From Candidatus Kerfeldbacteria bacterium (GTDB taxonomy: Bacteria > Patescibacteriota > Patescibacteriia > UBA9570 > XYC2-FULL-38-9), in assembly GCA_016182555.1 (NCBI GenBank), contig JACPGJ010000004.1, positions 14,751-78,750 of the forward strand: a stretch of DNA of 64,000 nucleotides. The letters are read 5' to 3'. Below the pieces are notes generated by a model. The model was not told the DNA's origin and made no database searches. It saw only the letters and a program-made list of their open reading frames with translations. Every line of letters begins with the position of its first letter. Position 1 is the stretch's first letter. Below, in pieces: positions 38,910 through 48,862 of the stretch. Made by a program: the position numbers and the translations under genes.

Positions 38910-39944
38910 TTATGACCGTAAACGTTTAGCCAGTACGTACAGCCTATACCAGAAACGAGAAAAAGGAAATTCAAAGGTGCCAGGGTAATCCACGCTTGTT
39001 CCACAGAAACCGATTTTGAAATCTGTCACTGTTGCCAAGCGATGCGTGCTATCACCTTCTGGACCGATGCCATAAAAATCGTACCATCGAAAACCAGCTA
39101 CCTTTGCACGACGAATGGTCTCCCATTGCAAGCCATACGCGGCTTTTAAATTTGTTTTGTGACGCGTGGACCCGGCATGCAGATAGGTCACGGTGTCTCC
39201 ATAGCGAACCATCATATTCATAATCAATAAATCTCCTTCATGCCAGGCTTGTCCAAATTCGATCATTCCCTGTGAAACGAGTGCTTCACAAATGGCGATG
39301 TAGTGCTCTTTCGGATGCTGACGAATACCGTGCCGGGCGCTTGTTTCACCAAGCAGTTGCCAAAACTGCTCAACGAGTGGCGCGATCTCCGCGGAATTTT
39401 TTGGCGCATGAAAACGCATCTCGACGCCTTTCTTTACGGCGAGGCGAACATTGTACCGCGTGCGCATTTTCATCGCCGCCAACAATTCTTCTTCTGTATG
39501 TGTGAGATCTAAAAGATGAGTGCGTGACGGTTCCACATCTGAAACTCGGTGACAACGCTGTGAAAAATTCGTAGCAGAAAACGGTGCATCTGCTGCGGGT
39601 TCAAAGCGCCAAAATACCACGCGTTCATTTCGAATAATATCTTGCACAACAGCACTCGTACTCAGCGCAGTATATACTTCACCTGAATCCACGCCAGGCG
39701 CACAAATTGGACCACGTGGAGAAAACAAAAACGCTCTTCCATAAGGCAACGGCAACAACACACATAACGCGGCGCCCACTGCTACACTTGCTTCATTCTG
39801 CACCAAGAAACGATACACTTGTCGCCCTTCTTTCTCATACATTTCTCCCCACTGCCAGGATTGTAAAAACGAAATATGTTCACCCGATTGGTGAAGTAAA
39901 AAATCTTCCCATTTTTCTTTATTCTGACACTGAACGATTTGCAT
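38910..39944 (-). CDS. FemAB-family peptidyltransferase (peptidoglycan branch/bridge formation, aminoacyl-tRNA dependent)
   Basis: 344 aa. TRYNVRLAVKKGVE, HAGSTRHKTNLKAAYGLQWETIRRAK and FKIGFCG match FemABX/MurM family motifs. Confidence 0.7.
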   Translation of the reverse strand: MQIVQCQNKEKWEDFLLHQSGEHISFLQSWQWGEMYEKEGRQVYRFLVQNEASVAVGAALCVLLPLPYGRAFLFSPRGPICAPGVDSGEVYTALSTSAVVQDIIRNERVVFWRFEPAADAPFSATNFSQRCHRVSDVEPSRTHLLDLTHTEEELLAAMKMRTRYNVRLAVKKGVEMRFHAPKNSAEIAPLVEQFWQLLGETSARHGIRQHPKEHYIAICEALVSQGMIEFGQAWHEGDLLIMNMMVRYGDTVTYLHAGSTRHKTNLKAAYGLQWETIRRAKVAGFRWYDFYGIGPEGDSTHRLATVTDFKIGFCGTSVDYPGTFEFPFSRFWYRLYVLAKRLRS

Positions 39945-40042
39945 AATATGCTACGGCCGGTAGCGGCAATTCCGGAGAGAGCACGTATTTGCGAAGCAAA
40001 ACGAAGCTCTCGAGGAATTGGCGCGAGAGGCCAAAAAACGGA

Positions 40043-40630
40043 TTAGGTTGCATGAAATGTACGTAACGCTTGGCGAACCTGTTCTTCCACCGGCAATGTC
40101 GAGTCAATACCCTGTAATGCGGCCACGGCTTCAGACTGACTATACCCAAGTGCGAGTAACGCATCAATGGCATTCACTGTTGCACGTTCTGTACCCGCCA
40201 CCGAGGCGACACCGTCACTCGCCGCACCAGAAAACGCGACCTGTTCTTTTAAATCCAAAATCATTCGCTGTGCCGTCTTCTTCCCAATCCCGGAAATGCT
40301 CGTCAAAAATGTGGTATCACTATGAATAATAGCCCGCTTCACTTCGTCTGCTGAAAATTGCGACAAGACGGCTAACGCAATTTTTGGCCCCACGCCAGAA
40401 ACACTAATCAACTGCTCAAAAAACTGGCGGTCTTCTGCCACAGTAAATCCATACAAATCCAACGCGTCTTCACGAATATGTTGATACGTATATAATTCAA
40501 CCGCTGCACCAACAATTAACGATTCAGCAACACGCGAAGGAACACGAACACCATACCCAATACCCGCAACGAGCACAATCAGCTCATCTATATCCTTGGA
40601 ATGAAGCGTTCCAGTAATAAATCGAATCAT
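40043..40630 (-). CDS. ruvA: Holliday junction DNA helicase RuvA
   Basis: It has an N-terminal OB domain and an HhH domain (SGVGPKIALAVL...ISGIGKKTAQRMIL). Confidence 0.9.
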   Translation of the reverse strand: MIRFITGTLHSKDIDELIVLVAGIGYGVRVPSRVAESLIVGAAVELYTYQHIREDALDLYGFTVAEDRQFFEQLISVSGVGPKIALAVLSQFSADEVKRAIIHSDTTFLTSISGIGKKTAQRMILDLKEQVAFSGAASDGVASVAGTERATVNAIDALLALGYSQSEAVAALQGIDSTLPVEEQVRQALRTFHAT

Positions 40631-42105
40631 AGGGTTGTCATGGTTGGCGTCGCTGGTTTTGGAGTGCCATTCTTTTTTGCTGCGACTTTTTTGATAGAAC
40701 GCTTTGTGGGGTCAATCAAGAAACGAGTTAAATTCCTATTGCCAATGAGCAAAGGGTATTCTAACCGTGATCGATCGAAGACATTCGGTTCAATACTCAT
40801 TTTATGCCCCGCTAGGAAAATAGACAATGGAATATGAAAACGAATCGAGGCACCATGAGAAGAGTGCACTTTCGATATGCGGGCAATTTGTGGGTGGGCT
40901 TTGGGCAAACGTTGTTGCAAATCTTCTAATAACCGCTTGGCCTCTTCTTCACTTAATTCTTCCGGAATATGTTCTGCCGCGAATGCATCAATCGCGTCTC
41001 CGAAACCGAGTTCGCGAGCGAGCGCCATATCAATCGAACTATCGTCAGCTCCGGTATCAATTTTTGCTTTCACCTGTTTTTGCTTGTCTTCCACACCATA
41101 AACGGTCACCGACTCTACCAATCCCACCACCTGCCGACCCGTCACGCTTGTCACTTCAGCTTGAAAATGACCACCGAATAAATCTTTCGCAATTGTAATC
41201 CCATGTTCTGGGCTTTCAACACGCAATCCTTTAATACGATCCAAACGCTCACGCAAAGGAATCATGTTCGCCACTTGAATACCTAAACCTGGCCGCGCAT
41301 TTAATTCCAATACTACTGGCCCTTTTTTCTTATCGATCGAAATGTCCACCCGCGTGTACTTCAACTTTACCGATTGCGATGCGAGCACCGCTGTTTTCAA
41401 AATTTCTTCCCAATACGGAATACGCATACCGCGCAACAGTACATCATTATCTGGGTGACGTTCAATTTCTCTCTCTCCCCACCACGCCTTCATCACAACA
41501 TGTGTTGTTAAGCCGGTCGAGATATCAATACCGATTGCTAAGCCGCCTTGCATCAAATTTGCTTTTCCACCTGATTTTTTCGTGGGCACGCGAATAAAGG
41601 CCATCACCGGTACCAAATTATAGACAACCACACCAATATCTGGAATGCCGTATTCACCAAAACGTTTGAACAAGGGGTCAATGGATAAGCGTGATTCCAA
41701 AAAAGCAATATCGGGAGTGTTCAATAATGAATAATCACCGTCTAAAATGTCCGCTACATGCACCACAAAATCTTCTACCGTCAATTGCCGTTTATTGGTC
41801 GTTAGCCAATTTCCATTTTTCAATCGGTTGTAGACCACCACAATTCCTTCACCACCTAACCCACGGTTGGGTTTAATCACAAAACTGGAAGGTAGTGATT
41901 CCCAATCAAATTCACGCAATTCATGACGATTCCGAATGACGGCAATTAAATCAGCGGTAGGAATGCCGATGTTTTTCATACACGCTTTCGTCGCTAATTT
42001 ATCATCAGCGCGTTTGCGGGCAGATGGTTTATTCTCGCGCAGGTATATACTGCTGCGCGCATTGATACCAAGGACCGCTTTATGATTTTTCCACATGGCG
42101 CGCAT
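40627..42105 (-). CDS. Fusion protein: a RimK-like ATP-grasp ligase (ATPgrasp_ST type) joined to a retropepsin-like aspartic protease domain (so-called ATP-dependent zinc protease / RimB-like)
   Basis: 492 aa. The N-terminal domain has FVIKPNRGLGGEGIVVV...VLELNARPG. The C-terminal domain has IDTGADDSS (a DTG aspartyl protease motif). Confidence 0.7.
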   Translation of the reverse strand: MRAMWKNHKAVLGINARSSIYLRENKPSARKRADDKLATKACMKNIGIPTADLIAVIRNRHELREFDWESLPSSFVIKPNRGLGGEGIVVVYNRLKNGNWLTTNKRQLTVEDFVVHVADILDGDYSLLNTPDIAFLESRLSIDPLFKRFGEYGIPDIGVVVYNLVPVMAFIRVPTKKSGGKANLMQGGLAIGIDISTGLTTHVVMKAWWGEREIERHPDNDVLLRGMRIPYWEEILKTAVLASQSVKLKYTRVDISIDKKKGPVVLELNARPGLGIQVANMIPLRERLDRIKGLRVESPEHGITIAKDLFGGHFQAEVTSVTGRQVVGLVESVTVYGVEDKQKQVKAKIDTGADDSSIDMALARELGFGDAIDAFAAEHIPEELSEEEAKRLLEDLQQRLPKAHPQIARISKVHSSHGASIRFHIPLSIFLAGHKMSIEPNVFDRSRLEYPLLIGNRNLTRFLIDPTKRSIKKVAAKKNGTPKPATPTMTTL

Positions 42106-43780
42106 GTTTAAAAACGTTTCTAAAACGAATATATTCGACCAACCGCAAACCAGAAAATTTTCCGATAATGTAATTGAAGATCAACGTTAACAAAATGAGT
42201 TCCGGATAGGCAAGCAGCAAGGATTTAAATAATGTCCAATCTCCAATGAAATAACCCAACAACGATAACACCACTGTTTCAATCATCAGCTTGATCGCCG
42301 CTTTGTAGCCTTGTTCAATTTGCACCGAAACGAAATGTTCGGTCAGGACGGTCATAATGAGAATCGGGAAAATAGATATCGCGATGAAACCGGTTTTATG
42401 GAAATAGGCACCAACAAAAAAGAGCGCGAAAATAGCGAGGGCAATAATCGAGAGCACAATCGCCATACGTGGTAAATACAGCAAGCGAAATTTGCGTGCG
42501 AAAATACGCGATAATGTTCCCACCGCGACAACCACAAAAAATACGGTCAAGCCATATTTCAAACCAGTGGACAAAAATGACAATGCAATAACCGTTGGCG
42601 CAAAAATACCGAATGCTTTAATCCCGACTAGCTGGCGTGCGGTCGCAATAATCGTCGCCATCACCGGCAACATGAGAATCAAGAAGAGTGAGTTGATTGG
42701 CACACCGCGGTGGATCATAAAATTCATCGCGTAGGACATGAAATTCAGTGGAGTGAGGCGATCAAATCCACGAGCCGTATACGCACTAATAATTTGGTAC
42801 TCCGCCCGGACCTGCGATAATCGATCTTCCAACCGGCTCGATGTGCCCGCAGCGACCACGTCATCTAAAATATCGTTCGTCGACACCACAATAAATTTCG
42901 GTTGGACCACTTGAAATGCGCGCTGGGCACTTTTGATACTCGACACACGCGGTTGATTATTCACCGCCACAATCGCTTTGGAATCAAAATCGAAACGGTC
43001 AACAGCGGTGTTGCTCAGCGTAGAAATTTGCGATAAGGCGATAAGAGAGTTCAACCCAACATCACCAGAGGTCCAGGTGATAATAATATCTGATGCAATA
43101 AGATCTTCTTCACTTTTCAATAATTGCTGGGCAATATTTTGGACCGTCAAATATTCTTGATCTACGCCAGAATCACGAATGGGAATGACCAATGTTCCGC
43201 GGGTGAGTCCATAATCTTGTAACCGCTGAATCTCTTTTTCTGGCACACTCTGGTCAGAAATCAAAATCACTAGGTGTTCTTGAACAGACACGGTAATACT
43301 ATCTTCACTCGTCTGCGCATCTGCGCCTTCTCCAGTGGTCACCTGCAGTACCACTTTATACGTACCCGCTGATTTATACGCATGGGTTGCATCAATGCCT
43401 TTTGCGCTGGTGTTATCTCCAAAATCCCAGTGATAAAACAATGCGGCTCCTTCTGGCCCCGTCGATGCCGATGCATCAAACAACACCGTGCGACCAATGG
43501 CCACATTTCGATCTTTTCCCGCTTTTGCTTTCAGCAGCGTTTCCTCCACAATGACTTCTGGTATTGACTCTGAAGGGGGCGTTATTTCTTCACCAGTTTG
43601 CTGGTCTGTCGGCGTTGCTGATTCCTGAGCATGAACGTTTACTGGAATGAAGAGAAAGAACAAGGTGAATATGCTCAAGGATAGTATCGCTCGCGAAGCC
43701 CCCGAGAGCAAAAAAGCCCGATGCCTATGAGGGCTTTTTGCGTATGGGGTAGCGAGCACGCAGTTTCTATACATAATCAT
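42080..43780 (-). CDS. Membrane protein with signal peptide, extracellular PKD domain and a C-terminal polytopic (about 7 TM) domain of the type associated with ATP-grasp/retropepsin systems
   Basis: 566 aa. The PKD-like segment is FDASASTGPEGAALFYHWDFGDNTSAKG...YKVVLQVTT. Six or seven hydrophobic helices lie between residues 360 and 560. It overlaps the downstream fusion gene by 26 nt. Confidence 0.65.
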   Translation of the reverse strand: MIMYRNCVLATPYAKSPHRHRAFLLSGASRAILSLSIFTLFFLFIPVNVHAQESATPTDQQTGEEITPPSESIPEVIVEETLLKAKAGKDRNVAIGRTVLFDASASTGPEGAALFYHWDFGDNTSAKGIDATHAYKSAGTYKVVLQVTTGEGADAQTSEDSITVSVQEHLVILISDQSVPEKEIQRLQDYGLTRGTLVIPIRDSGVDQEYLTVQNIAQQLLKSEEDLIASDIIITWTSGDVGLNSLIALSQISTLSNTAVDRFDFDSKAIVAVNNQPRVSSIKSAQRAFQVVQPKFIVVSTNDILDDVVAAGTSSRLEDRLSQVRAEYQIISAYTARGFDRLTPLNFMSYAMNFMIHRGVPINSLFLILMLPVMATIIATARQLVGIKAFGIFAPTVIALSFLSTGLKYGLTVFFVVVAVGTLSRIFARKFRLLYLPRMAIVLSIIALAIFALFFVGAYFHKTGFIAISIFPILIMTVLTEHFVSVQIEQGYKAAIKLMIETVVLSLLGYFIGDWTLFKSLLLAYPELILLTLIFNYIIGKFSGLRLVEYIRFRNVFKHARHVEKS

Positions 43781-43795
43781 AGTGAATAATTGATT

Positions 43796-44278
43796 TTATT
43801 TTTTCATGTGATATCGCGCTGCGGCCGTGAGAGCAATGGCAATGGCATCAGCAGCGTCGTCTGGTTGTGGCGGCGCAGTTAACTGAAACCGCAATTGAAT
43901 CATCCGTTGTACCGCTTTTTTGTCCGCATGACCAGATCCAACAATGGCCGATTTCACTTCCACGGGTTTCACTTCCTCTATTGTGCAGCCAGATTGCTGC
44001 AATGTAAAGAGAATCACCCCGCGCGCCTGGCCAACGACGAACGCTGTTTTCGCATTCTTCGCAAAAAATAACTCTTCTACCCCCACACACACAATGTCTT
44101 GATGCCGCGAAAGTAACTCGCTTAAATCTGTATGCAACATCTCCAAACGTTCCGGCAACGTGAGTGTCCGTGGTGTGCGCAACACGCCATATTCGAGTAA
44201 ACGATGATGCGCTCGGTCAATATCAACGATGCCAAAGCCTGTAATTTCTATTCCCGGGTCTATACCCAAAAATTTCAT
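43796..44278 (-). CDS. ruvC: Crossover junction endodeoxyribonuclease RuvC
   Basis: 160 aa. LGIDPGIEITGFGIV N-terminus, with catalytic acidic residues present. Confidence 0.9.
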   Translation of the reverse strand: MKFLGIDPGIEITGFGIVDIDRAHHRLLEYGVLRTPRTLTLPERLEMLHTDLSELLSRHQDIVCVGVEELFFAKNAKTAFVVGQARGVILFTLQQSGCTIEEVKPVEVKSAIVGSGHADKKAVQRMIQLRFQLTAPPQPDDAADAIAIALTAAARYHMKK

Positions 44279-44283
44279 AGTGT

Positions 44284-45009
44284 TTACAATTGCGCGTTGG
44301 AGTACACATTCATCACATCCTCATTCTCCTCAATTGCTTCAATCAATTGCGCTACTTTTTCTTTCTGGCTTGAGTCTGGTTCAATCATATTCTGTGTGAT
44401 CCACTCCACTTCGCTTGAAGCAAGCGTGCACCCATGTTGCTCCAGTGCCGTTTTTACCTCCACTAATTTTTCACGCGCCGTAAAAATAGTACACCCCTCT
44501 TCTTCAATCTGAATATCATCTGCACCTGCATCAATTGCTACCAATGCAATCGCTTCAGTATCTTGCGCTTGACCTTCTGGCTTGGCAATACGAATGACTC
44601 CTTTTTGCTCGAACATGTAGAGCACGCTGCCACTGTTTCCCAGTGAACCACCAAACTTCGTGAGTAACGCGCGAAGATCAGATACCGTCCGGTTGGTATT
44701 ATCTGTCACACAATCGATAATCAACGCCACGCCTGCCGAACCATAGGCTTCGTAGCGCACTTCTTCATATGTCACACCCGGCAATTCGCCCGCTCCTTTC
44801 AGAATCGCTTTTTCAACATTCTCTTTCGGCATATTCGCTGCTTTTGCCGCATCTATCGCCGTGCGGAGTGCAGGGTTCATATCGGGGTCTTTTCCGTTTT
44901 TTGCCGCAAGCGCAATATTTTTCACCAAACGCGTAAAAATCGCGCCTTTTTTCGCGTCAGTGACTGCTTTTTTTCTTTTAATCGTTGCCCATTTGGAATG
45001 TCCAGACAT
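44284..45009 (-). CDS. YebC/PmpR family DNA-binding transcriptional regulator
   Basis: MSGHSKWATIKRKK N-terminus. The ORF is open to 45060. Confidence 0.9.
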   Translation of the reverse strand: MSGHSKWATIKRKKAVTDAKKGAIFTRLVKNIALAAKNGKDPDMNPALRTAIDAAKAANMPKENVEKAILKGAGELPGVTYEEVRYEAYGSAGVALIIDCVTDNTNRTVSDLRALLTKFGGSLGNSGSVLYMFEQKGVIRIAKPEGQAQDTEAIALVAIDAGADDIQIEEEGCTIFTAREKLVEVKTALEQHGCTLASSEVEWITQNMIEPDSSQKEKVAQLIEAIEENEDVMNVYSNAQL

Positions 45010-45207
45010 AAAATAGTATTGTGTTATGCGTATACATACTATACACTTATTCGAAACCAATCAAGCGGCATCGCATGAGTACAAATTTCTGCTTGACGCT
45101 GTCATAACACCATGATAGTTTCAACGCAGTGTTCCCGGAAATGGAGGAAAAAGAGCGGGAACTGCTCCCGCTACACCCATGCTGAGTAGCGGGAGATTTC
45201 ATATTAT

Positions 45208-46884
45208 ATGCCAGAGCACCCATTCAACACACTCAAACACTATTGGCGTCAATATCCGTTACTTGGAACCGCGACCGTATGCTGTTTGTCCGCACTTGCT
45301 TATGCATGGTGGATTGCCGCACCCACCTTTACGGATCCCGATTCGTTCTACCATATACAGATGACACAGCTCATCATGAAGCATCACCGTGCGGTTACCA
45401 ATTTTGTTTGGCTTCCGTATACCACCCTCGCCCATTCTTACGTTGACCATCATTTTCTCTACCACATTTTTCTCATTCCCTTTTTTCTCGTATTCAATGC
45501 CGTGCTCGGCATGAAAATCGCCACCGTGGTGCTTGCCGCGTCTACCAGCGTGTTATTTTACCTTGTTCTGCGTTCACTCAATGTTCGCTACAGCTTCCTA
45601 TTCACCTTATTGTTAATCACCACAGAAGGATTTTCCTTTCGCATAGGCCTCTCCAAAGCGCCCAGTTTCAGTTTTCTGTTTATGATGGCGGGCGCATACG
45701 CCATTATTCACTACAAACCAAAACTCATCGCGATTCTTTCTTTCTTTTTTGTGTGGTCATACGGCGGTTTTTTACTCATGCTCATTTTAACCGGCGTTCA
45801 TGCAAGCGTTGGTTTCTTACGTGCGTATCTTCGTGGAGTACCACTCACGCGACAGGAAAAAAAAGAACGCCTAGTCATGGTTACCGGAGCATTCTCGGGC
45901 ACGCTCATGGGTCTGCTGATTCACCCCTCATTTCCGCAACACCTGCGCTTTTATTGGGAACAAATTATTCAAATTGGTTTAGTCAATTACCGGGGTGTAA
46001 TTGGTGTTGGCGGTGAATGGTATCCCGCGAATGTTCCCAATCTCATTGGCGAACACACCATCTTTTTTTTAGTGCTCATTATCAGTATGATCGCTTTTGG
46101 TTTCACCGCCGGAAAACAACGCGCCTATAGCTGGACCATCGGTGGCATGTTTTTTTTCTTCTTCGTGTTCACGCTCAAATCTCAACGCTATATTGAATAT
46201 GCCATGCCCTGGGGCTATCTCTTCTCTGCGTGTGCCTTACAAGAAAGTGGCTGGCTGAACCATGTACACCACGTTGTGCAACGAGCGCTCTATCGTTCCA
46301 CCGCTCATGTGTTCACGCTCAGCGCCGCGCTACTCCTTATTGCGTATGGGTTGTTTATTATTCCTGGCATGATGATTGATACCAGCCTGAACCTTGAGCA
46401 CGACCTCCACCGTGGCAGATCGGTTGATGAATTTGCGGCAGTAGGAAAATGGCTCCGCGACCACAGCACCACCGGTGACATTGTTTTTCACAGCGATTGG
46501 GATGAATTTCCAGCGTTATTTTACCAAGTACCAAAAGACCGGTTTATTGCCGGCCTAGATCCCACATTTTTTTACCGAGAGCACCCAGCAGATAACGACC
46601 TCTATTGGGAATGGGTGAATATCACCACCGGAAAACAAAGCGACCAGCTTCTAGAAACGCTGCAACAACATTTTCATGCGCGCTTTGTCTTCATCGCCGA
46701 CGGACACAACAGTATGCGTGCTAACTTCATTCGTGATGGTCGTTTCCGAAAAGTGTATGAAGATGATGAAGCGACTATTTTCCGGGTTCCGCGCCGTGCA
46801 CAAGACGTGGAGCAGAGCCAAACGGCCGATGATACACCAATAACTCCGGTGTCGCCTGTTCCAGAATCAAATCCTGCGCTGTAA
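45208..46884 (+). CDS. Polytopic membrane protein, glycosyltransferase-like (PMT/ArnT-type fold suspected)
   Basis: 558 aa with about 12 TM helices and a DPDSFYH motif near the N-terminus. Its 3' end overlaps the convergent downstream gene by 110 nt. Confidence 0.55.
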   Translation: MPEHPFNTLKHYWRQYPLLGTATVCCLSALAYAWWIAAPTFTDPDSFYHIQMTQLIMKHHRAVTNFVWLPYTTLAHSYVDHHFLYHIFLIPFFLVFNAVLGMKIATVVLAASTSVLFYLVLRSLNVRYSFLFTLLLITTEGFSFRIGLSKAPSFSFLFMMAGAYAIIHYKPKLIAILSFFFVWSYGGFLLMLILTGVHASVGFLRAYLRGVPLTRQEKKERLVMVTGAFSGTLMGLLIHPSFPQHLRFYWEQIIQIGLVNYRGVIGVGGEWYPANVPNLIGEHTIFFLVLIISMIAFGFTAGKQRAYSWTIGGMFFFFFVFTLKSQRYIEYAMPWGYLFSACALQESGWLNHVHHVVQRALYRSTAHVFTLSAALLLIAYGLFIIPGMMIDTSLNLEHDLHRGRSVDEFAAVGKWLRDHSTTGDIVFHSDWDEFPALFYQVPKDRFIAGLDPTFFYREHPADNDLYWEWVNITTGKQSDQLLETLQQHFHARFVFIADGHNSMRANFIRDGRFRKVYEDDEATIFRVPRRAQDVEQSQTADDTPITPVSPVPESNPAL

Positions 46885-48295
46885 TCAATTGCGCTAATCG
46901 TTGTTGTGCGCCAGGGAAACGCGATAACTCTTGCTGATCAACAACCAACCAATCGATATATGCTGGAGGAATGTAGGGTTCATTCGAATAATGTTGAGTG
47001 CCGTGCAATAAGTGTATTGTTGGATATATCCGCTCTCTGTTCGATAGTTGAGGATACAGCACCGGAGAAACCATCACCGCATCATCTGGAGCAATGTCTT
47101 GAAGCACACTCACCATCGTTGCTCGGTCTCGATCGTGACGATGCATGAATAATACGCCGAAGCGATACCATGGGCCGAAAAGAGTTACCTGCACCAGAAT
47201 AATTGCTAGGAGACCCATACGGCACATCGAATATAGGTAAATGTAGTCTGCTTTCGTGTCCAACCAAGTGAATAGTTTCGTCACACCGTAGAGTGAAGCA
47301 ATCATCAGCCACGGAAAAATAATCGCGGAATAATGCGCATGAAAAAATGCATCAAATAACGATCGATCGATCAACAAATATTCTACAGCTGGCCCAGCCA
47401 ATGGCAAAAGATAACGCGGACGAAGCAATGGTAAAAAGGCACATGAGGAAAAAAGCAATACAAGAACAAGGACATGATCTTCGCCAAATGCCCCATGAAG
47501 TGTTTGGATTGGATGAGAGAACATAAATCGACCATATTCCCAAGGTCCATTCCCCATCCAAGAATAAAATGCACCAAATTTTAGGGCCTGTTTTGGAGCA
47601 AGAGCTGCACCGAAACGTGCCATGATAATGAACCACAGCACACTCACCGCCATGATACCAAAACCGATCCAACGCCATCGCTTGTTGTTTTGCATACCCT
47701 GACCAAATACCAATAACAGCAATCCCACACCAGATGTCATGACTGCCACATCATCACGCACCAACAACAATAGAATAAATATCACTATGGTACGAAGACG
47801 CTGGCCGCTTATCATACACAACCACCACCACAACGTAAGCGGCAACACAAAAGAGAGCGCATGAAATTCAAATAACACTACCGCATGAGTCAACGGATGC
47901 AAAAGATATACCACCACACTGACAAGCGCCAACCGATCACGCCCACGCACAGACAAACCTTGGGCAATTTGCCGCGCCAAGAGATAGGTGGGAATAGCGC
48001 CGGTCGCGATAACCGCGGTTTGCAATACCAACAACGTCATCGGGTGTTGCACCAACGCATACACCGGGAGTAATAACAGCACGCCCCATTCACGATGATC
48101 AACCAGATATGAATACGGATTAAAAGAATATTGAAACCACCGCCCATGCACGCTATTCCAAAATACTTGATTATAAATGCCTAAATCATATTGGTTGTAA
48201 AAAAAGAAATGATACTGAAACCAGCAAGCTACTATAGAAAAAACAAAAAAAACTATTACCAGCCTCCATACACGTTTTGGAACATTCAACAACAT
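46775..48295 (-). CDS. DUF2079-family polytopic membrane protein (predicted membrane glycosyltransferase-like)
   Basis: 506 aa. YNQYDLGIYNQ motif. Multiple TM helices. Confidence 0.6.
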   Translation of the reverse strand: MLLNVPKRVWRLVIVFFVFSIVACWFQYHFFFYNQYDLGIYNQVFWNSVHGRWFQYSFNPYSYLVDHREWGVLLLLPVYALVQHPMTLLVLQTAVIATGAIPTYLLARQIAQGLSVRGRDRLALVSVVVYLLHPLTHAVVLFEFHALSFVLPLTLWWWLCMISGQRLRTIVIFILLLLVRDDVAVMTSGVGLLLLVFGQGMQNNKRWRWIGFGIMAVSVLWFIIMARFGAALAPKQALKFGAFYSWMGNGPWEYGRFMFSHPIQTLHGAFGEDHVLVLVLLFSSCAFLPLLRPRYLLPLAGPAVEYLLIDRSLFDAFFHAHYSAIIFPWLMIASLYGVTKLFTWLDTKADYIYLYSMCRMGLLAIILVQVTLFGPWYRFGVLFMHRHDRDRATMVSVLQDIAPDDAVMVSPVLYPQLSNRERIYPTIHLLHGTQHYSNEPYIPPAYIDWLVVDQQELSRFPGAQQRLAQLITAQDLILEQATPELLVYHRPFGSAPRLVHGAEPGK

Positions 48296-48327
48296 ATTCT
48301 TCTAGTATAAAGAAAATACACAGAAAT

Positions 48328-48362
48328 AAAAAACCCGCTTCTTAAGAAACCGCGGGTTTTTT
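48328..48362. terminator. Bidirectional intrinsic terminator (stem AACCCGC/GCGGGTT flanked by an A-run and a T-run)
   Basis: The sequence AAAAACCCGCttcttaagaaacCGCGGGTTTTTT lies between convergent genes. Confidence 0.5.
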
Positions 48363-48378
48363 ATATTGCTGTTGTGTA

Positions 48379-48780
48379 CTAGACAAAATAGACCATACCT
48401 TGAATATTAGCGTTGGTAGACTCAGCCAACTTACCAATAACGTATGTTGCGAGCGCCCAAGAGATCATCACGAATGCCAAACCGATAACAGCGGCAACCA
48501 ATAATTTCTTGGCTTTATCTACTTTACCAGGGTCTCCTGCTGCAGTCATCCATTTGAAACCACCAATAATAATGATGATGACGGCGACCAGCGCGAGTAA
48601 CGAAAGTGCGAGATTTACGATATCAGTCACAATATTCACTGGGTCATTTGTCCCAAGATTATCAGAGATTTCATCATAACCATCACCGCTCGTCGTAATC
48701 TGAGCGAATGCTGTTGTTGCTGTTGCCACCCATCCTAATGTGATAGCGGCACCAGAAGCGAATTTTTTTGAAATTTTCAT
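48379..48780 (-). CDS. TrbC/VirB2-like (T4SS-type) pilin family protein, paralog 1
   Basis: Signal peptide, then a hydrophobic helix, then GGFKWMTAAGDPGKVDKAKKLLVAAVIGLAFV. A strong SD (GGAGGTGA, 6-nt spacer) precedes the ATG at 48780. The ORF is open to 48873. Confidence 0.65.
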   Translation of the reverse strand: MKISKKFASGAAITLGWVATATTAFAQITTSGDGYDEISDNLGTNDPVNIVTDIVNLALSLLALVAVIIIIIGGFKWMTAAGDPGKVDKAKKLLVAAVIGLAFVMISWALATYVIGKLAESTNANIQGMVYFV

Positions 48781-48862
48781 TGTTTCACCTCCTTTCTGAA
48801 AGTTAATGAATAAAAACAGAGGTTTCTGTATTCCTGTATTGTGACAGATCATGAAATAACGG

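Noticed and set aside
45147-45170. Perfect 7-bp hairpin (AGCGGGA-actgc-TCCCGCT) in the 5' region of the 45208 membrane protein gene
   Set aside because: There is no U-run, so it is not a terminator. It is possibly a 5' UTR structure but lacks further support.
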